Source: a candidate division WOR-3 bacterium (GTDB taxonomy: Bacteria; Hydrothermota; Tepidihabitantia; Tepidihabitantales; Tepidihabitantaceae). From it: 64,000 bases of DNA. The position numbers and the translations under genes are program-made. Location of the stretch: positions 236,354 through 300,353 of the forward strand of contig JBDRTY010000001.1 in assembly GCA_039801085.1 (NCBI GenBank), in the 5' to 3' direction. Below are positions 9,701 through 19,757 of this stretch, one piece after another; the stretch's first letter is position 1, and the number at the start of each line of letters is the position of its first letter. The notes below the pieces were generated by a model. That model had not been told where the DNA came from. It made no database searches and saw nothing but the letters and a program-made list of their open reading frames with translations.

Positions 9701-10903
9701 CTACATCTCGGGTCGGGGCAGGCTGACCCGAGACGGTTTTTCCTCCCGGAAACCTAGGGCAAAGTCCGCCTGCAGCAGTTTGTGAATCTCCCTGCTCCCC
9801 TCATAAATCTGGGCACCCTTGGCATTCCGGTAGAAGCGTTCTACCGGATATTCGTCGGAAAAGCCGTAGGCACCGAGGGTTTGAACCGCATTACTTGCTG
9901 CCCGTTCGGCCGCCTCACAGGCAAAAAGTTTTGCCGCTGAGGTGGCGCGGGTGGCGGTCCGGCCCTGATTTTTCTCCCAGCCGGCGCGGAGATAGAGCAG
10001 TCTTGCAGCCTGATAGCTGACTGCCATGTCAGCGATCATATCCTTGACAAGCTGATGTTCTGCGAGCGGTTTCCCGAAGCTGCTGCGGGTAAGGGCGTAG
10101 CCGGAAGCCACATCAAGGCAGGCACGGATCAGACCGGCGGCTCCGGCAGCAACGGTGTAGCGGCCCTGGTCAATTGCAAACATGGCGATCCTGAAACCCT
10201 CGTTCTCCCGACCGAGACGGTTGGCTTCCGGGACCCGGACATCGCTCAGGGAAATGGAGCCGGTATTGCCCGCCCGGACGCCGAGTTTGTGATGGATGGT
10301 TGAAGTGGACAGTCCGGCCATGCCCCGTTCGAGGATAAAGGCGGTGATGCCGGTGTGGTCACGCCGCTGCTGTTTTTCCCGGTCAGTCCAGGCAAAAACA
10401 AGGAAGTGGTCGGCGATATCCGCAAGTGAAATCCATGTTTTCTCGCCGTTCAGGATGTAGCAGTTGCCATCCCGGCGTGCGGTCGCCCGGATACCCAGAA
10501 CATCGGAGCCGGCATCCGGTTCGGTCAGACCGAAGGCGGCAAGTTTCTCACCCTTTGCCTGCGGGATCAGGTATCTCTTTTTCTGCGCTTCATCGCCCCA
10601 TGCCAGCAGGGTCAGGCTGACAAGGCCGATATGGACCGAAATGATTACCCGCAGTGAGGTATCAACATACTCCAGCTCCTCACAGGTAAGACCCAGACTG
10701 ATATAGTCACCACCGCTTCCACCCCAGACGGCGGGAATGGTCAGGCCAAGCAGACCCAGCTCCGCCATCTTCCGGGCGATCCGCGGGTCAAAGAACTGGT
10801 TGCGGTCGTTTTCCTGAATTCTGGGTTGAACCTCGTTGCGGGCAAACTCCCGGGCGAGTTTCTGCACGAGCTGCTGTTCTTCGGTGAAGGTGAAGTCGAT
10901 CAC
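9701..10903 (-). CDS. Acyl-CoA dehydrogenase family protein
   Basis: AFGLTEPDAGSD, LNGEKTWIS, QIYEGSREIH; GTG start overlaps the purB stop. Confidence 0.93.
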   Translation of the reverse strand: MIDFTFTEEQQLVQKLAREFARNEVQPRIQENDRNQFFDPRIARKMAELGLLGLTIPAVWGGSGGDYISLGLTCEELEYVDTSLRVIISVHIGLVSLTLLAWGDEAQKKRYLIPQAKGEKLAAFGLTEPDAGSDVLGIRATARRDGNCYILNGEKTWISLADIADHFLVFAWTDREKQQRRDHTGITAFILERGMAGLSTSTIHHKLGVRAGNTGSISLSDVRVPEANRLGRENEGFRIAMFAIDQGRYTVAAGAAGLIRACLDVASGYALTRSSFGKPLAEHQLVKDMIADMAVSYQAARLLYLRAGWEKNQGRTATRATSAAKLFACEAAERAASNAVQTLGAYGFSDEYPVERFYRNAKGAQIYEGSREIHKLLQADFALGFREEKPSRVSLPRPEM

Positions 10904-12195
10904 TTTCTGCCCAGTACCCGGCGGTAGACCGCATCCACATGCCGGACCAGATTCCGCAGTTGGAACACTGCCTCCAACTCAGACGGACTGAGATGGTGCT
11001 GCACGGTGCGGTCATTTCTGGCGAGCTGGCTCAGGGTTGTGCCCGAGCTGATTGCTTCGAATGACAGTTTCTGCACCAGTCTGTAGGCACGGGTGCGGTT
11101 CATACCCTTGTTTACCAGTGCCAGCAGCAGTGCCTGCGAGAAGAAGGTCTCACCGGAGATTTTCAGGTTTTTCTCCATCTGGTCAGGTCTGACCACCAGT
11201 CCGGCGAGGACCCGGTTCATCTGCCGGAGACAGTAGTGGAGGAGGGTAAAGGCCTCGGGAATGATAATCCGCTCGGCGGCAGAGTTGGTCAGATCCCGCT
11301 CGTGCCAGAGGGGGATGTTCTCGTAGCTGGCTAAGGCGTAGGAACGGATTACCCGGGCAAGGGAACAAACTCTTTCGCAGATGATCGGATTTTTCTTATG
11401 GGGCATTGCTGAAGATCCCGCCTGAGATTTGCCAAACGGTTCACTTACCTCCCCGATTTCGGTCCGCTGAAGGTTGCGGATCTCAGTAGCGATCCTTTCT
11501 AGCCCGGCAGCGATCAGTGCCAGCATCGAGAGGAGAAAGGCATGCCGGTCGCGCGGGATCACCTGGGTGGACACCGACTCGACCTTCAGATTAAGCAGTT
11601 TCAAAACCCTTTTTTCCACATCCGGGCTGAGCTGGGTATAGGCGCCGACGGTGCCGGAGATCTTGCCGTAGCCGATTTCCATCCGGGCGAGTTTGATCCG
11701 TTCAATACCCCGATTGATTTCCGCCAGCCAGGACAGGCATTTCAACCCGAAGGTAATCGGTTCTGCATGGACGCCGTGGGTTCTGCCGATCATCGGGGTC
11801 CAGTGGTAGCGGCGGGCAAGATCGGCGGTGGTCTTCTGGAGCTCGAGTAGTGCTGTGTGGATTATATCCAGCGCCTGAACGCAGCGAATCGCCAGGGCGG
11901 TGTCAACCACATCGTAAGAGGTAAGTCCGTAATGGACATACTTGCCTGCCTCGCCGGCACTTTTTGCCACGCTGCGGGTGAAGGCGATCACATCGTGGTT
12001 GGTTTCCTTTTCAAAACGTTCAATCTCACTGATTTTAAAAGTTGCCTGCTGGATTTTTTCTGCTGCCGGCTTCGGGATAATACCCAGTTCACCCTCGACC
12101 TTTGCCACTGCTTTCTCCACGAGCAGCCAGGTCTGAAACTTTGCCTCTTCAGACCAGAGCTGAGCCATTTCCGGTGTCAGGTAGCGGGAGGTCAT
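10900..12195 (-). CDS. purB: Adenylosuccinate lyase
   Basis: GSSAMPHKKNP fumarate-lyase signature, HYGLTSYDVVDT, GRTHGVHAEP. Confidence 0.97.
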   Translation of the reverse strand: MTSRYLTPEMAQLWSEEAKFQTWLLVEKAVAKVEGELGIIPKPAAEKIQQATFKISEIERFEKETNHDVIAFTRSVAKSAGEAGKYVHYGLTSYDVVDTALAIRCVQALDIIHTALLELQKTTADLARRYHWTPMIGRTHGVHAEPITFGLKCLSWLAEINRGIERIKLARMEIGYGKISGTVGAYTQLSPDVEKRVLKLLNLKVESVSTQVIPRDRHAFLLSMLALIAAGLERIATEIRNLQRTEIGEVSEPFGKSQAGSSAMPHKKNPIICERVCSLARVIRSYALASYENIPLWHERDLTNSAAERIIIPEAFTLLHYCLRQMNRVLAGLVVRPDQMEKNLKISGETFFSQALLLALVNKGMNRTRAYRLVQKLSFEAISSGTTLSQLARNDRTVQHHLSPSELEAVFQLRNLVRHVDAVYRRVLGRK

Positions 12196-12200
12196 AAATA

Positions 12201-13331
12201 CTATCTCAGCTGGTAGAGAATTCTTAACTGCTCACCCTTGCGATCAATAATCAGATCAATTGAACCCTGAAGCCGGTTCAGCCGTTCCTGGAGCATCCGG
12301 GCAGAGCTGACTACCTTGCCCTGAAACACCAGAATTACATCGCCCGGCAGCAGGCCGATTTTTTCGGCGACCGAATTTTCATTGACGCCAACGACCACTA
12401 CTCCCTTCGTATGGGCAAGACCGAAGCGGCGCCGGAGCACCGGATTGATATCAGCAACAACAAGACCCAGTCCGGTGCTGAACTTTTCATACTCAATCTG
12501 AGTTTCTCCGAGGGCTTCGCTGACGAACCTTTTAACTTCATTAATGGGCCGGGCGAATCCGACCCCTTCCGAACCACCGGCATGGGAAAAAATGAAGGTG
12601 TTGATACCGATGACCTCGCCCAGCGCATTGACCAGCGGACCGCCCGAATTTCCGGGGTTGATTGCGGCATCGGTCTGAATCATATCGGTATAGACGGCAC
12701 CGCCTCTGCCGGAACGGATGTCCCGGTGCAGTGCGGAGATGACGCCAACGGTGACGGTCGGCTGGGCATCTTCAATCAGGAAGCCGAACGGGTTACCGAT
12801 CGCGATTGCCCATTCGCCGATCAGCAGCTGGTCGGAATTACCTAGGGGTGCTACCGGCAGATTATCGCCCGAAATTTTCAGCAGTGCCAGATCCCGGTCG
12901 GGATCAAGAGCGATAATCTCCGCATCAAAGCTCCGGTTGTCAGGCAGGGTTACCTTGATTTTGGTTGCATTGCTGACAACATGGGCATTGGTAATGATAT
13001 AACCCTTGGCATCTACAATTACCCCCGAACCCATGGATTTGATTTCCTGCCGGAAGGTGTGCCGGGGAAAGAAGTCACGGAAGAAGTCGTCAAACCCGAA
13101 GATATCAAACGGGTCATAGGATACAATCCGCGTCTGAGTCACTACGACTGAGACCACCGCCGGGCTGACCTTCTGAGCAGCGATGACAATCGCATTTACC
13201 CGGGACCGGTCAATTTCTGTATTAACCTGTTCAACTGCAGGCCGGGATGGAGTTTTTTCGGTTGTGGCGCCACAGGCGAGGGGCAGAAACGCCAGCAGTA
13301 ATGTAATTATATTAAGAGGGTCGTATTTCAT
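12201..13331 (-). CDS. HtrA/DegP-family serine protease with one PDZ domain
   Basis: ITNAHVV, DLALLK, INPGNSGGPL triad; probable lipoprotein signal (FLPLAC). Confidence 0.93.
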   Translation of the reverse strand: MKYDPLNIITLLLAFLPLACGATTEKTPSRPAVEQVNTEIDRSRVNAIVIAAQKVSPAVVSVVVTQTRIVSYDPFDIFGFDDFFRDFFPRHTFRQEIKSMGSGVIVDAKGYIITNAHVVSNATKIKVTLPDNRSFDAEIIALDPDRDLALLKISGDNLPVAPLGNSDQLLIGEWAIAIGNPFGFLIEDAQPTVTVGVISALHRDIRSGRGGAVYTDMIQTDAAINPGNSGGPLVNALGEVIGINTFIFSHAGGSEGVGFARPINEVKRFVSEALGETQIEYEKFSTGLGLVVADINPVLRRRFGLAHTKGVVVVGVNENSVAEKIGLLPGDVILVFQGKVVSSARMLQERLNRLQGSIDLIIDRKGEQLRILYQLR

Positions 13332-13366
13332 CAGATTAGTTTAACCGGCAATTGGAGTAAGGTCAA
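13332..13366 (-). promoter_or_regulatory. Leaderless promoter of the htrA-purB operon
   Basis: TTGACC-17nt-TAAACT-6nt-ATG. Confidence 0.75.
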
Positions 13367-13379
13367 GTCTTGCCGGTAC

Positions 13380-13408
13380 TTGACAGGGGAAGAAGACAGA
13401 TTTATAAT
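13380..13408 (+). promoter_or_regulatory. Consensus sigma70 promoter for the secreted-protein genes
   Basis: TTGACA-17nt-TATAAT, followed by a ~80-nt leader with AAGGAGG before ATG 13496. Confidence 0.85.
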
Positions 13409-13495
13409 TTATTAAGGCAGGCAGAAGACATAGGCAGTTCATTTTTTCTTCTCGGGTCTACATCCGGACGGCTTTAAAATTTTAAGGAGGTCATT

Positions 13496-16411
13496 ATGAG
13501 AAATCCGGGTTTGAACTCTGTAATACCCAGTTGCCTACTTTTATCAGTTCTCCTGATAATTTTTATCCCTCAATCTGGAAGGGCGCAGGTTGAGGTCTGG
13601 ACCGCCCGCTATGATGGCGGGGCAGATGACTGGGATGAGGCGACTTCAATGGTGCTGACTCCGGACGGGAATATTGTGGTTACCGGTTTCAGTGTCGGCA
13701 GTGACCACAGCCGGGACATCGCTACCGTCAAGTTTTCCGGAACGGATGGGGAGATTATCTGGAGCCAGCGCTGGGCAAGGAACACCGGATCAAGGGATGA
13801 AGGCTGGAAGGTTTGTAGTGATACCGCAGGCAACATTTTTGTTGCCGGCTGGACAAGAACGACCGGGGCCGACACCGATTTTGTCGTGATCAAGTATTCG
13901 GCTGATGGTGAGGAGCAGTGGGTCTATGTCTATGATTCTGCCGGCGGTCCGGACCGGGCAACCGGCGTGGTGGCAGATGAGGCGGGCGGATGTTATGCTG
14001 CCGGTTATTCCTCCAATGGCACCAACCGTGATTATGTGATTTTTCATTTCCGGCCGGATGGCAGCCGGGACTGGTTCGTGCGGTATAACGGACCGGCGAA
14101 TGGTAATGATCTGGCAAATGCAGTTGCCCGGGATAAAGCGGGGAATATCTATGTCACCGGTTTCTCCTGGGGTGGTTCTGCTGCCCGGCTGGATTATCTG
14201 ACGATGAAGATCAGTCCGGCAGGCGAAACACTCTGGACCCGGCGTTATGATGGCACCGCAGTTGACAGTCTGATCAAGAATGATTTCGGATTTGCCCTTG
14301 CGGTTGATGATTCAGACTATGTGTATGTTACCGGCAGAGCAGGGGAAAGCGGAAGCTGGTATGATGGCACGACAATCAAGTACACCCCATCAGGCCAGGT
14401 GGTCTGGATTAACCGGTTTGACTGGGGTGAAAATGCGCTTGACGGCACGGGTGAGATCAGAATCGGACCGGACCGGAGTGTCTACTGTGCGGGTTATACC
14501 GAGACCAATATCGGCTGGTTTGACATGGTAATTTACAAACTGGCGCCGGACGGGCAGCTGGAATGGCAGCGCAGTTATGATTATGTTGCCGATGATGACA
14601 GTGTGACCGGGTTGTGGGTAGACCGTTTTGGTAACGCCTATCTTACCGGTTATTCCTATGGCGGGGACGGCTGTATGGACTGGGTGACAATGAAATACAA
14701 TCCGAACGGTGCCCTGATCTGGATGGCACGGCACAGTACCTTTGACGAGGATGATCAAAGTTATGATATTGCGGTGAATGGACTGGGTGATGTGCTGGTC
14801 GCCGGGTATGACTATCTGGAGGGGAGCGAGGATTATGCGGTGGTCAAGTATTCCGCACCGGATGTCGGTGCTGCGATGATCATTCAGCCGGTTGATACCT
14901 TCCGGCTGGATGCAGTTGTCACTCCTAGGGTGCGGGTGAAGAACTTCAGCGCGCTCAGCTTCACATTTCCGGTGCGGATTGAGATCGGCAATTTCTATTT
15001 TGACATCCAGCAGGTGCCGGCACTGGCACCATATGATTCCGCGGATGTTACTTTTGCTCCTTGGTTAGTACGTGATCTCGGAGAGCATGCGGTGGTGTGC
15101 TATTCAATGCTTAACGGCGACAAGGAACCCGGTAATGATACGGTCCTGGGTAGGGTGATTACCGTTTCCGCATGGGAGCGGCTTGAGGACATGCCGGCTG
15201 GTGCTCGCGGGAAGGGGGTAAAGGATGGTGGTGCGCTGTCATTTGCCCAGGATAGTCTGGTTTTCGGATTCAAGGGCAATAATACCACCGAATTTTATGC
15301 TTATAATACCCGATCCGGGCGCTGGGTGATCAAAGAGAGTATCCCCGCGGTCGGCAGGAGCGGAAGCCGGAAACGGGTCAAGGGTGGCGCCTGTCTTGCG
15401 GCTGATACCGCAGGAAGTCTGTTTGCTCTCAAAGGCAGTAATACTTTGGAGTTCTGGCGGTATTCAATTGCTGATAACCGCTGGACCCAGCTGCCCGATT
15501 TTCCGACCGGTGGCACGACCAAGCGGGTGAAGAATGGTGCCGGGATGGTTTATGTGCCACAGCTGCACCGGATTTATGCCCTGCGTGGCGCCAATACCAA
15601 CGATTTCTACTGCTATGTAATTGCCCGAGATTCCTGGATGGGGAGAAGGAGCGTTCCTCCTGGAGAGCGCAACCGGCGGATGAAGGATGGAAGTGCGATT
15701 GCCTTTGACGGCGATTCACTGATCTATGCGCTCAAGGGTGGTACCTATGAGTTCTATGCCTACAACATCAGCCGGGATACCTGGATTCAGCTGCCCTATA
15801 TTCCGGACAGCAGGATTCATACCAAGCGCACCAAGATGAAGAAGGGGGCGGCAATGGCTTATGATTACCAGTTCCAGCGGGTATATGCAACCAAGGGTGG
15901 CAAGTCAACCGAGTTCTGGTTCTTTGATGCAATCGGGGACAGCTGGAGTGAGACCCGGGATACCTTTCCCAGGGGCCCGGACAACAAGGCACCCTCCAAT
16001 GGCGGTGCGCTGACCTATGGTGCCGGCAAGGTTTACGCCCTGAAGGGTAACAAGACCCGGGAGTTCTGGCGGTATAATGCCAATTTTCCACTCAATCCGC
16101 CCCTGCCGAGTGTGCAGGCAGAGGTATCAAGCCTGTTACCGCGACTGCGGATGACAGTTATGCCCAATCCGGTCCGGAGTCACGGTCTAATCCGTTACAC
16201 TCTTCCCCAGTCGGGCGCAGTGCGGATGGCGGTCTATGACATCGCCGGCAGGGCGGTCCGGATGGTGAAACGGGATTATTTGCCGGCTGGCGAGCAGACG
16301 GAGCGGTTGGAAACTGCCGGGCTGAGTGCCGGAGTGTATCTGGTTCGGATTGAGGTTCTGGACGGTTCGGGCAGATACGGCGCAACGCAGAAGGTTCTTA
16401 TTACCCGCTAA
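13496..16411 (+). CDS. Secreted protein: SBBP-like beta-propeller + CARDB-like Ig + Kelch propeller + T9SS type-A-like CTD
   Basis: Signal peptide; repeated D..GN.YV.G / W..RYDG blades; six Kelch-like ALKG..T.EFW.Y blades; C-terminal LSAGVYLVRI...QKVLITR. Confidence 0.8.
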   Translation: MRNPGLNSVIPSCLLLSVLLIIFIPQSGRAQVEVWTARYDGGADDWDEATSMVLTPDGNIVVTGFSVGSDHSRDIATVKFSGTDGEIIWSQRWARNTGSRDEGWKVCSDTAGNIFVAGWTRTTGADTDFVVIKYSADGEEQWVYVYDSAGGPDRATGVVADEAGGCYAAGYSSNGTNRDYVIFHFRPDGSRDWFVRYNGPANGNDLANAVARDKAGNIYVTGFSWGGSAARLDYLTMKISPAGETLWTRRYDGTAVDSLIKNDFGFALAVDDSDYVYVTGRAGESGSWYDGTTIKYTPSGQVVWINRFDWGENALDGTGEIRIGPDRSVYCAGYTETNIGWFDMVIYKLAPDGQLEWQRSYDYVADDDSVTGLWVDRFGNAYLTGYSYGGDGCMDWVTMKYNPNGALIWMARHSTFDEDDQSYDIAVNGLGDVLVAGYDYLEGSEDYAVVKYSAPDVGAAMIIQPVDTFRLDAVVTPRVRVKNFSALSFTFPVRIEIGNFYFDIQQVPALAPYDSADVTFAPWLVRDLGEHAVVCYSMLNGDKEPGNDTVLGRVITVSAWERLEDMPAGARGKGVKDGGALSFAQDSLVFGFKGNNTTEFYAYNTRSGRWVIKESIPAVGRSGSRKRVKGGACLAADTAGSLFALKGSNTLEFWRYSIADNRWTQLPDFPTGGTTKRVKNGAGMVYVPQLHRIYALRGANTNDFYCYVIARDSWMGRRSVPPGERNRRMKDGSAIAFDGDSLIYALKGGTYEFYAYNISRDTWIQLPYIPDSRIHTKRTKMKKGAAMAYDYQFQRVYATKGGKSTEFWFFDAIGDSWSETRDTFPRGPDNKAPSNGGALTYGAGKVYALKGNKTREFWRYNANFPLNPPLPSVQAEVSSLLPRLRMTVMPNPVRSHGLIRYTLPQSGAVRMAVYDIAGRAVRMVKRDYLPAGEQTERLETAGLSAGVYLVRIEVLDGSGRYGATQKVLITR

Positions 16412-16439
16412 TGGCAGAGAAAGTTGAGGGAGGTTCAAG

Positions 16440-19400
16440 ATGAAGTTTGCTGTAAAACTGGCCATTCTCGGTCTGATTCCGGTGTTTTTGACCGCCGGCG
16501 CGGTGGATACAATGTGGTTGCGGATTTATCCGGGTTCGGATTCGGCAAGCGGTAACTTTAATCAGGCGGGTGATATCGGGTTTGACCCGCAGGGCAATAT
16601 CATTGTCTGCGGTGCCGGAGAAAAGGGAACTGCGGGCAGTACCGATATGCTGGTTGCTAAGTTCAATCCGTGGGGTGAGACGCTCTGGGTGCGCTCCTAT
16701 GGCGGGATTGTGGGCAGTGAGGAGGATATGGCGCATGCGCTGGCGGTAGATTCGTTCGGAAATATCTATGTGGTCGGAGTCACCGGTCAGTCAGGTCCTT
16801 ATGATCTTGACATCACCTGGCTGAAATTTTCACCAGAAGGCAGTCTTCTCTGGGCGAGAAGGACGATGCTGCCTGATGATGATATCGGTTATGATATTGA
16901 GATCGGCCTGCAGGGCGATATCTATATCTGCGGTGCGGTTACCGATACCCACTTTGTTCTCTCCCGTTACTGGCTTGCCCGGATCAATCCGGCAAATGGC
17001 GATACGGTCTGGACCAGAAGTTATATTTTGGATACGCTGGCGTTTAATGCCAGAAAGGACCGGCACCCGGATTTTGTGATGAGTGACTGGGACCGGTGGG
17101 ACAACTGCGCAGCCGCGCTGGCGATTTCTCCGGACTCCGGACATATCGTTACTACCGGCTTCGGCTACAGCGATAGCCGGAGCTATCAGGTGTGGACGAT
17201 GAAGTTCCTTCCTGACGGCACCCGGCGCTGGCAGCATGAGCATTACTGGTCACTGGATTACGATGACGCCGGATTTGATGTCGCAGTGGCAAACAATGGC
17301 TACATCTTTGTTGCCGGATTTGAGGAGAATGATTACAACTGGTATGATGCCACTCTTTTGCGCTATGCTCCCACCGGCGGTACGCCTTCAGTGCGCAGGG
17401 TTAATGACCCGATGGATGATGAGGATTACTTCTTTGCAGTGACACTTGATGATTCCAATCCTCCGAATGTGTATGCCACCGGTGCCTATTATCAGAGCAC
17501 GACGACCGGATTTGATATCATCACTTACAAGGCGAATGTGGCACTTACCGCCCGCTGGGGAACTGCCGGTGCAATTTTCTCCAGCAATCTTGATGATTAC
17601 GGCTTTGCCATTACCTACAATCAGGGCAAGATTTATGTTGCCGGCAGAAAGGGCAATGACCTGGTGGTATTGTGTTACCGGGCGGACAATACGGTTCCGC
17701 ACGATACCCTCTGGTCATTCAGCTACAATTCCCCTTACAATCAGGAGGATTTTGCCGCGGTAGTGGCGGCGATGGATTCGGATCATGTGTATTTTGCCGG
17801 TCAGGTTGCGCGAACCGGAGTTGCGAACAGTTACACCGATCTTATTGCCGGGAAGCTGTTTTACCCTTATCCTGATGTCGGGGTGGATGCCATTCTTGCG
17901 CCGGCGGGTCTGGTGGGATATCAGGAAACGATCACACCTCAGGTCCGTTTTGTCAACAGTGGTAATTCGCTTGCCCGGTTCAATGCCACTCTGCGTATCG
18001 GCAGTGATTACAGTCAGACCGTAAGCCGGACCACACCGCTCTATCCGGGTGATTCCTGTGTTTTAACCTTCCCGGACTGGGTGGCGCATCCGCTCGGGCA
18101 GGTGACGGTTACCTGTACAGTGGCGATGAGCGGGGATCGGGAACCACTGAATAATCTGCTGACTGGAGCGGTTCAGGTGGTGCTGCGCGATGCCGGCTGT
18201 CTGCGGATCGTGGCACCGGCGGATACCGTGGATTCGGGGGTGGCGGTTACACCGCAGGCATGGGTCCGCAATTACGGCACGGTTCAGGAGAATATCGGCG
18301 TCCGGTTCAGAATCGGCGACGGCTATGTAAATCAGCAGACGGTTCTGGTTGCTCCCGGGGAGAGCGCGCTGGTCCAGTTTGCCCTGTGGCGGCCGGCTGT
18401 GCCCGGTACCTGGGCGCTCCGCTGTTCCACCCTGCTGGCAGGTGATGCCAATCACAGCAATGATTTTGCTGATGGTCTGGTAGTTGTCCGTTCCGGTGGG
18501 GGTGTCTGGCCCGCAGGCTGGCAGGAGGTGGCATCGGTGCTCTCGCCACCCTCCGGCAGAGCGGTCAAGGATGGCGGCTGGCTCGCATTTGACCCGGAGC
18601 AGGGCAGGATTTATGCGGTCAAGGGGTACAAGACTGGAGATTTCTATGTTTACGATATTTATACCAACCGCTGGACCACCCTCACCCCCTGGCCTGCCGG
18701 CACTGAAGGCAAGCTGCCTTATAAGGGTTCTGCGGGCTGTTATGGTGATGGCAGGGTATGGGCGGTCAAGGGGTATAATACGCCGGAGTTCTGGTGTTAT
18801 GATATCAGCACCAGTGAGTGGCGTCAGCTGCAGAATATCCTGCCGGGAAACTCGGGAAAGTACCCCAAGGGCGGGACCGATGTCGTCTATGCCGAGGTGG
18901 ATGGTGTCGGTTATGTGTATCTGCTCAAGGGTTACAAGTGCGATTTCATGCGTTATAATACCGTGACCGGAGTCTGGGAACCGCTGCCGGATGCACCGGG
19001 AGGAATCAAACCCAAGTGGGATAAAGGTTCATGGCTTGCTTTTGACGGTGAAAATACACTTTATGCGCATAAGGCAAAGTATCATGAATTCTGGACCTTT
19101 GATGTCCGGGCAGGGCAGTGGAGTCTGACTCAGCTGCCTAATCTGCCGTTTGCCAGTCAGCGCACCGGCAAAAGCAAGAAGTCCAAGGATGGTGGTGCCG
19201 GTTTCTATTACAACGGTTTCATCTATGCGCTCAAGGGGGGCAATACCTGTGAGTTCTACCGGTTTGACTGCACCGGTCAGACCTGGGCCGAGCTCGACCC
19301 GATGCCGGAGATCGGTTCCACTGGCAGAAAGAAGCGGGTCAAGGCGGGAGGGGATATCGTTGCCGGTGTCAACGCCTGCTGGGCGCTGAAAGGAAATAAA

Positions 19401-19757
19401 ACGCTTGAGTTCTGGCGCTACGGTTTGATTCAGCCTGCAGAACCGGACCGAGGTGCGCCCAGTGCTCAGAGCGGTGAGGTGGCTGGTGCCGGGTGCTGGC
19501 AGTTGATGCCGGTTTACACCCGGGCGGGGGTCGGTTTCCGGTATTCTGCTCCGGAGCCGGTGCGGATTCAGGGACAGCTTTACGACCGGTCGGGCAGGCT
19601 GGTGCTGACTGTGCCGGAGATGCAGATCACCGGCACTGGAACCGTCAAGCCCGATCTCTCCGGTCTCAGTGCCGGGGTTTATCTTCTGAAACTGGAGGCG
19701 GGTGACGGCACAGTTCAGCATAAGAAGCTGATTCTGCGGCCGTCAGTGGAGCAGTAG
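16440..19757 (+). CDS. Secreted protein: beta-propeller + 2 CARDB-like Ig + Kelch propeller + T9SS-like CTD (paralogue of the upstream gene)
   Basis: Same architecture; C-terminal LSAGVYLLKLE...HKKLIL. Confidence 0.8.
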   Translation: MKFAVKLAILGLIPVFLTAGAVDTMWLRIYPGSDSASGNFNQAGDIGFDPQGNIIVCGAGEKGTAGSTDMLVAKFNPWGETLWVRSYGGIVGSEEDMAHALAVDSFGNIYVVGVTGQSGPYDLDITWLKFSPEGSLLWARRTMLPDDDIGYDIEIGLQGDIYICGAVTDTHFVLSRYWLARINPANGDTVWTRSYILDTLAFNARKDRHPDFVMSDWDRWDNCAAALAISPDSGHIVTTGFGYSDSRSYQVWTMKFLPDGTRRWQHEHYWSLDYDDAGFDVAVANNGYIFVAGFEENDYNWYDATLLRYAPTGGTPSVRRVNDPMDDEDYFFAVTLDDSNPPNVYATGAYYQSTTTGFDIITYKANVALTARWGTAGAIFSSNLDDYGFAITYNQGKIYVAGRKGNDLVVLCYRADNTVPHDTLWSFSYNSPYNQEDFAAVVAAMDSDHVYFAGQVARTGVANSYTDLIAGKLFYPYPDVGVDAILAPAGLVGYQETITPQVRFVNSGNSLARFNATLRIGSDYSQTVSRTTPLYPGDSCVLTFPDWVAHPLGQVTVTCTVAMSGDREPLNNLLTGAVQVVLRDAGCLRIVAPADTVDSGVAVTPQAWVRNYGTVQENIGVRFRIGDGYVNQQTVLVAPGESALVQFALWRPAVPGTWALRCSTLLAGDANHSNDFADGLVVVRSGGGVWPAGWQEVASVLSPPSGRAVKDGGWLAFDPEQGRIYAVKGYKTGDFYVYDIYTNRWTTLTPWPAGTEGKLPYKGSAGCYGDGRVWAVKGYNTPEFWCYDISTSEWRQLQNILPGNSGKYPKGGTDVVYAEVDGVGYVYLLKGYKCDFMRYNTVTGVWEPLPDAPGGIKPKWDKGSWLAFDGENTLYAHKAKYHEFWTFDVRAGQWSLTQLPNLPFASQRTGKSKKSKDGGAGFYYNGFIYALKGGNTCEFYRFDCTGQTWAELDPMPEIGSTGRKKRVKAGGDIVAGVNACWALKGNKTLEFWRYGLIQPAEPDRGAPSAQSGEVAGAGCWQLMPVYTRAGVGFRYSAPEPVRIQGQLYDRSGRLVLTVPEMQITGTGTVKPDLSGLSAGVYLLKLEAGDGTVQHKKLILRPSVEQ

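Noticed and set aside
19743-19757. 15-nt 3' overlap of convergent genes
   Set aside because: Common in compact genomes; nothing further supports a function.
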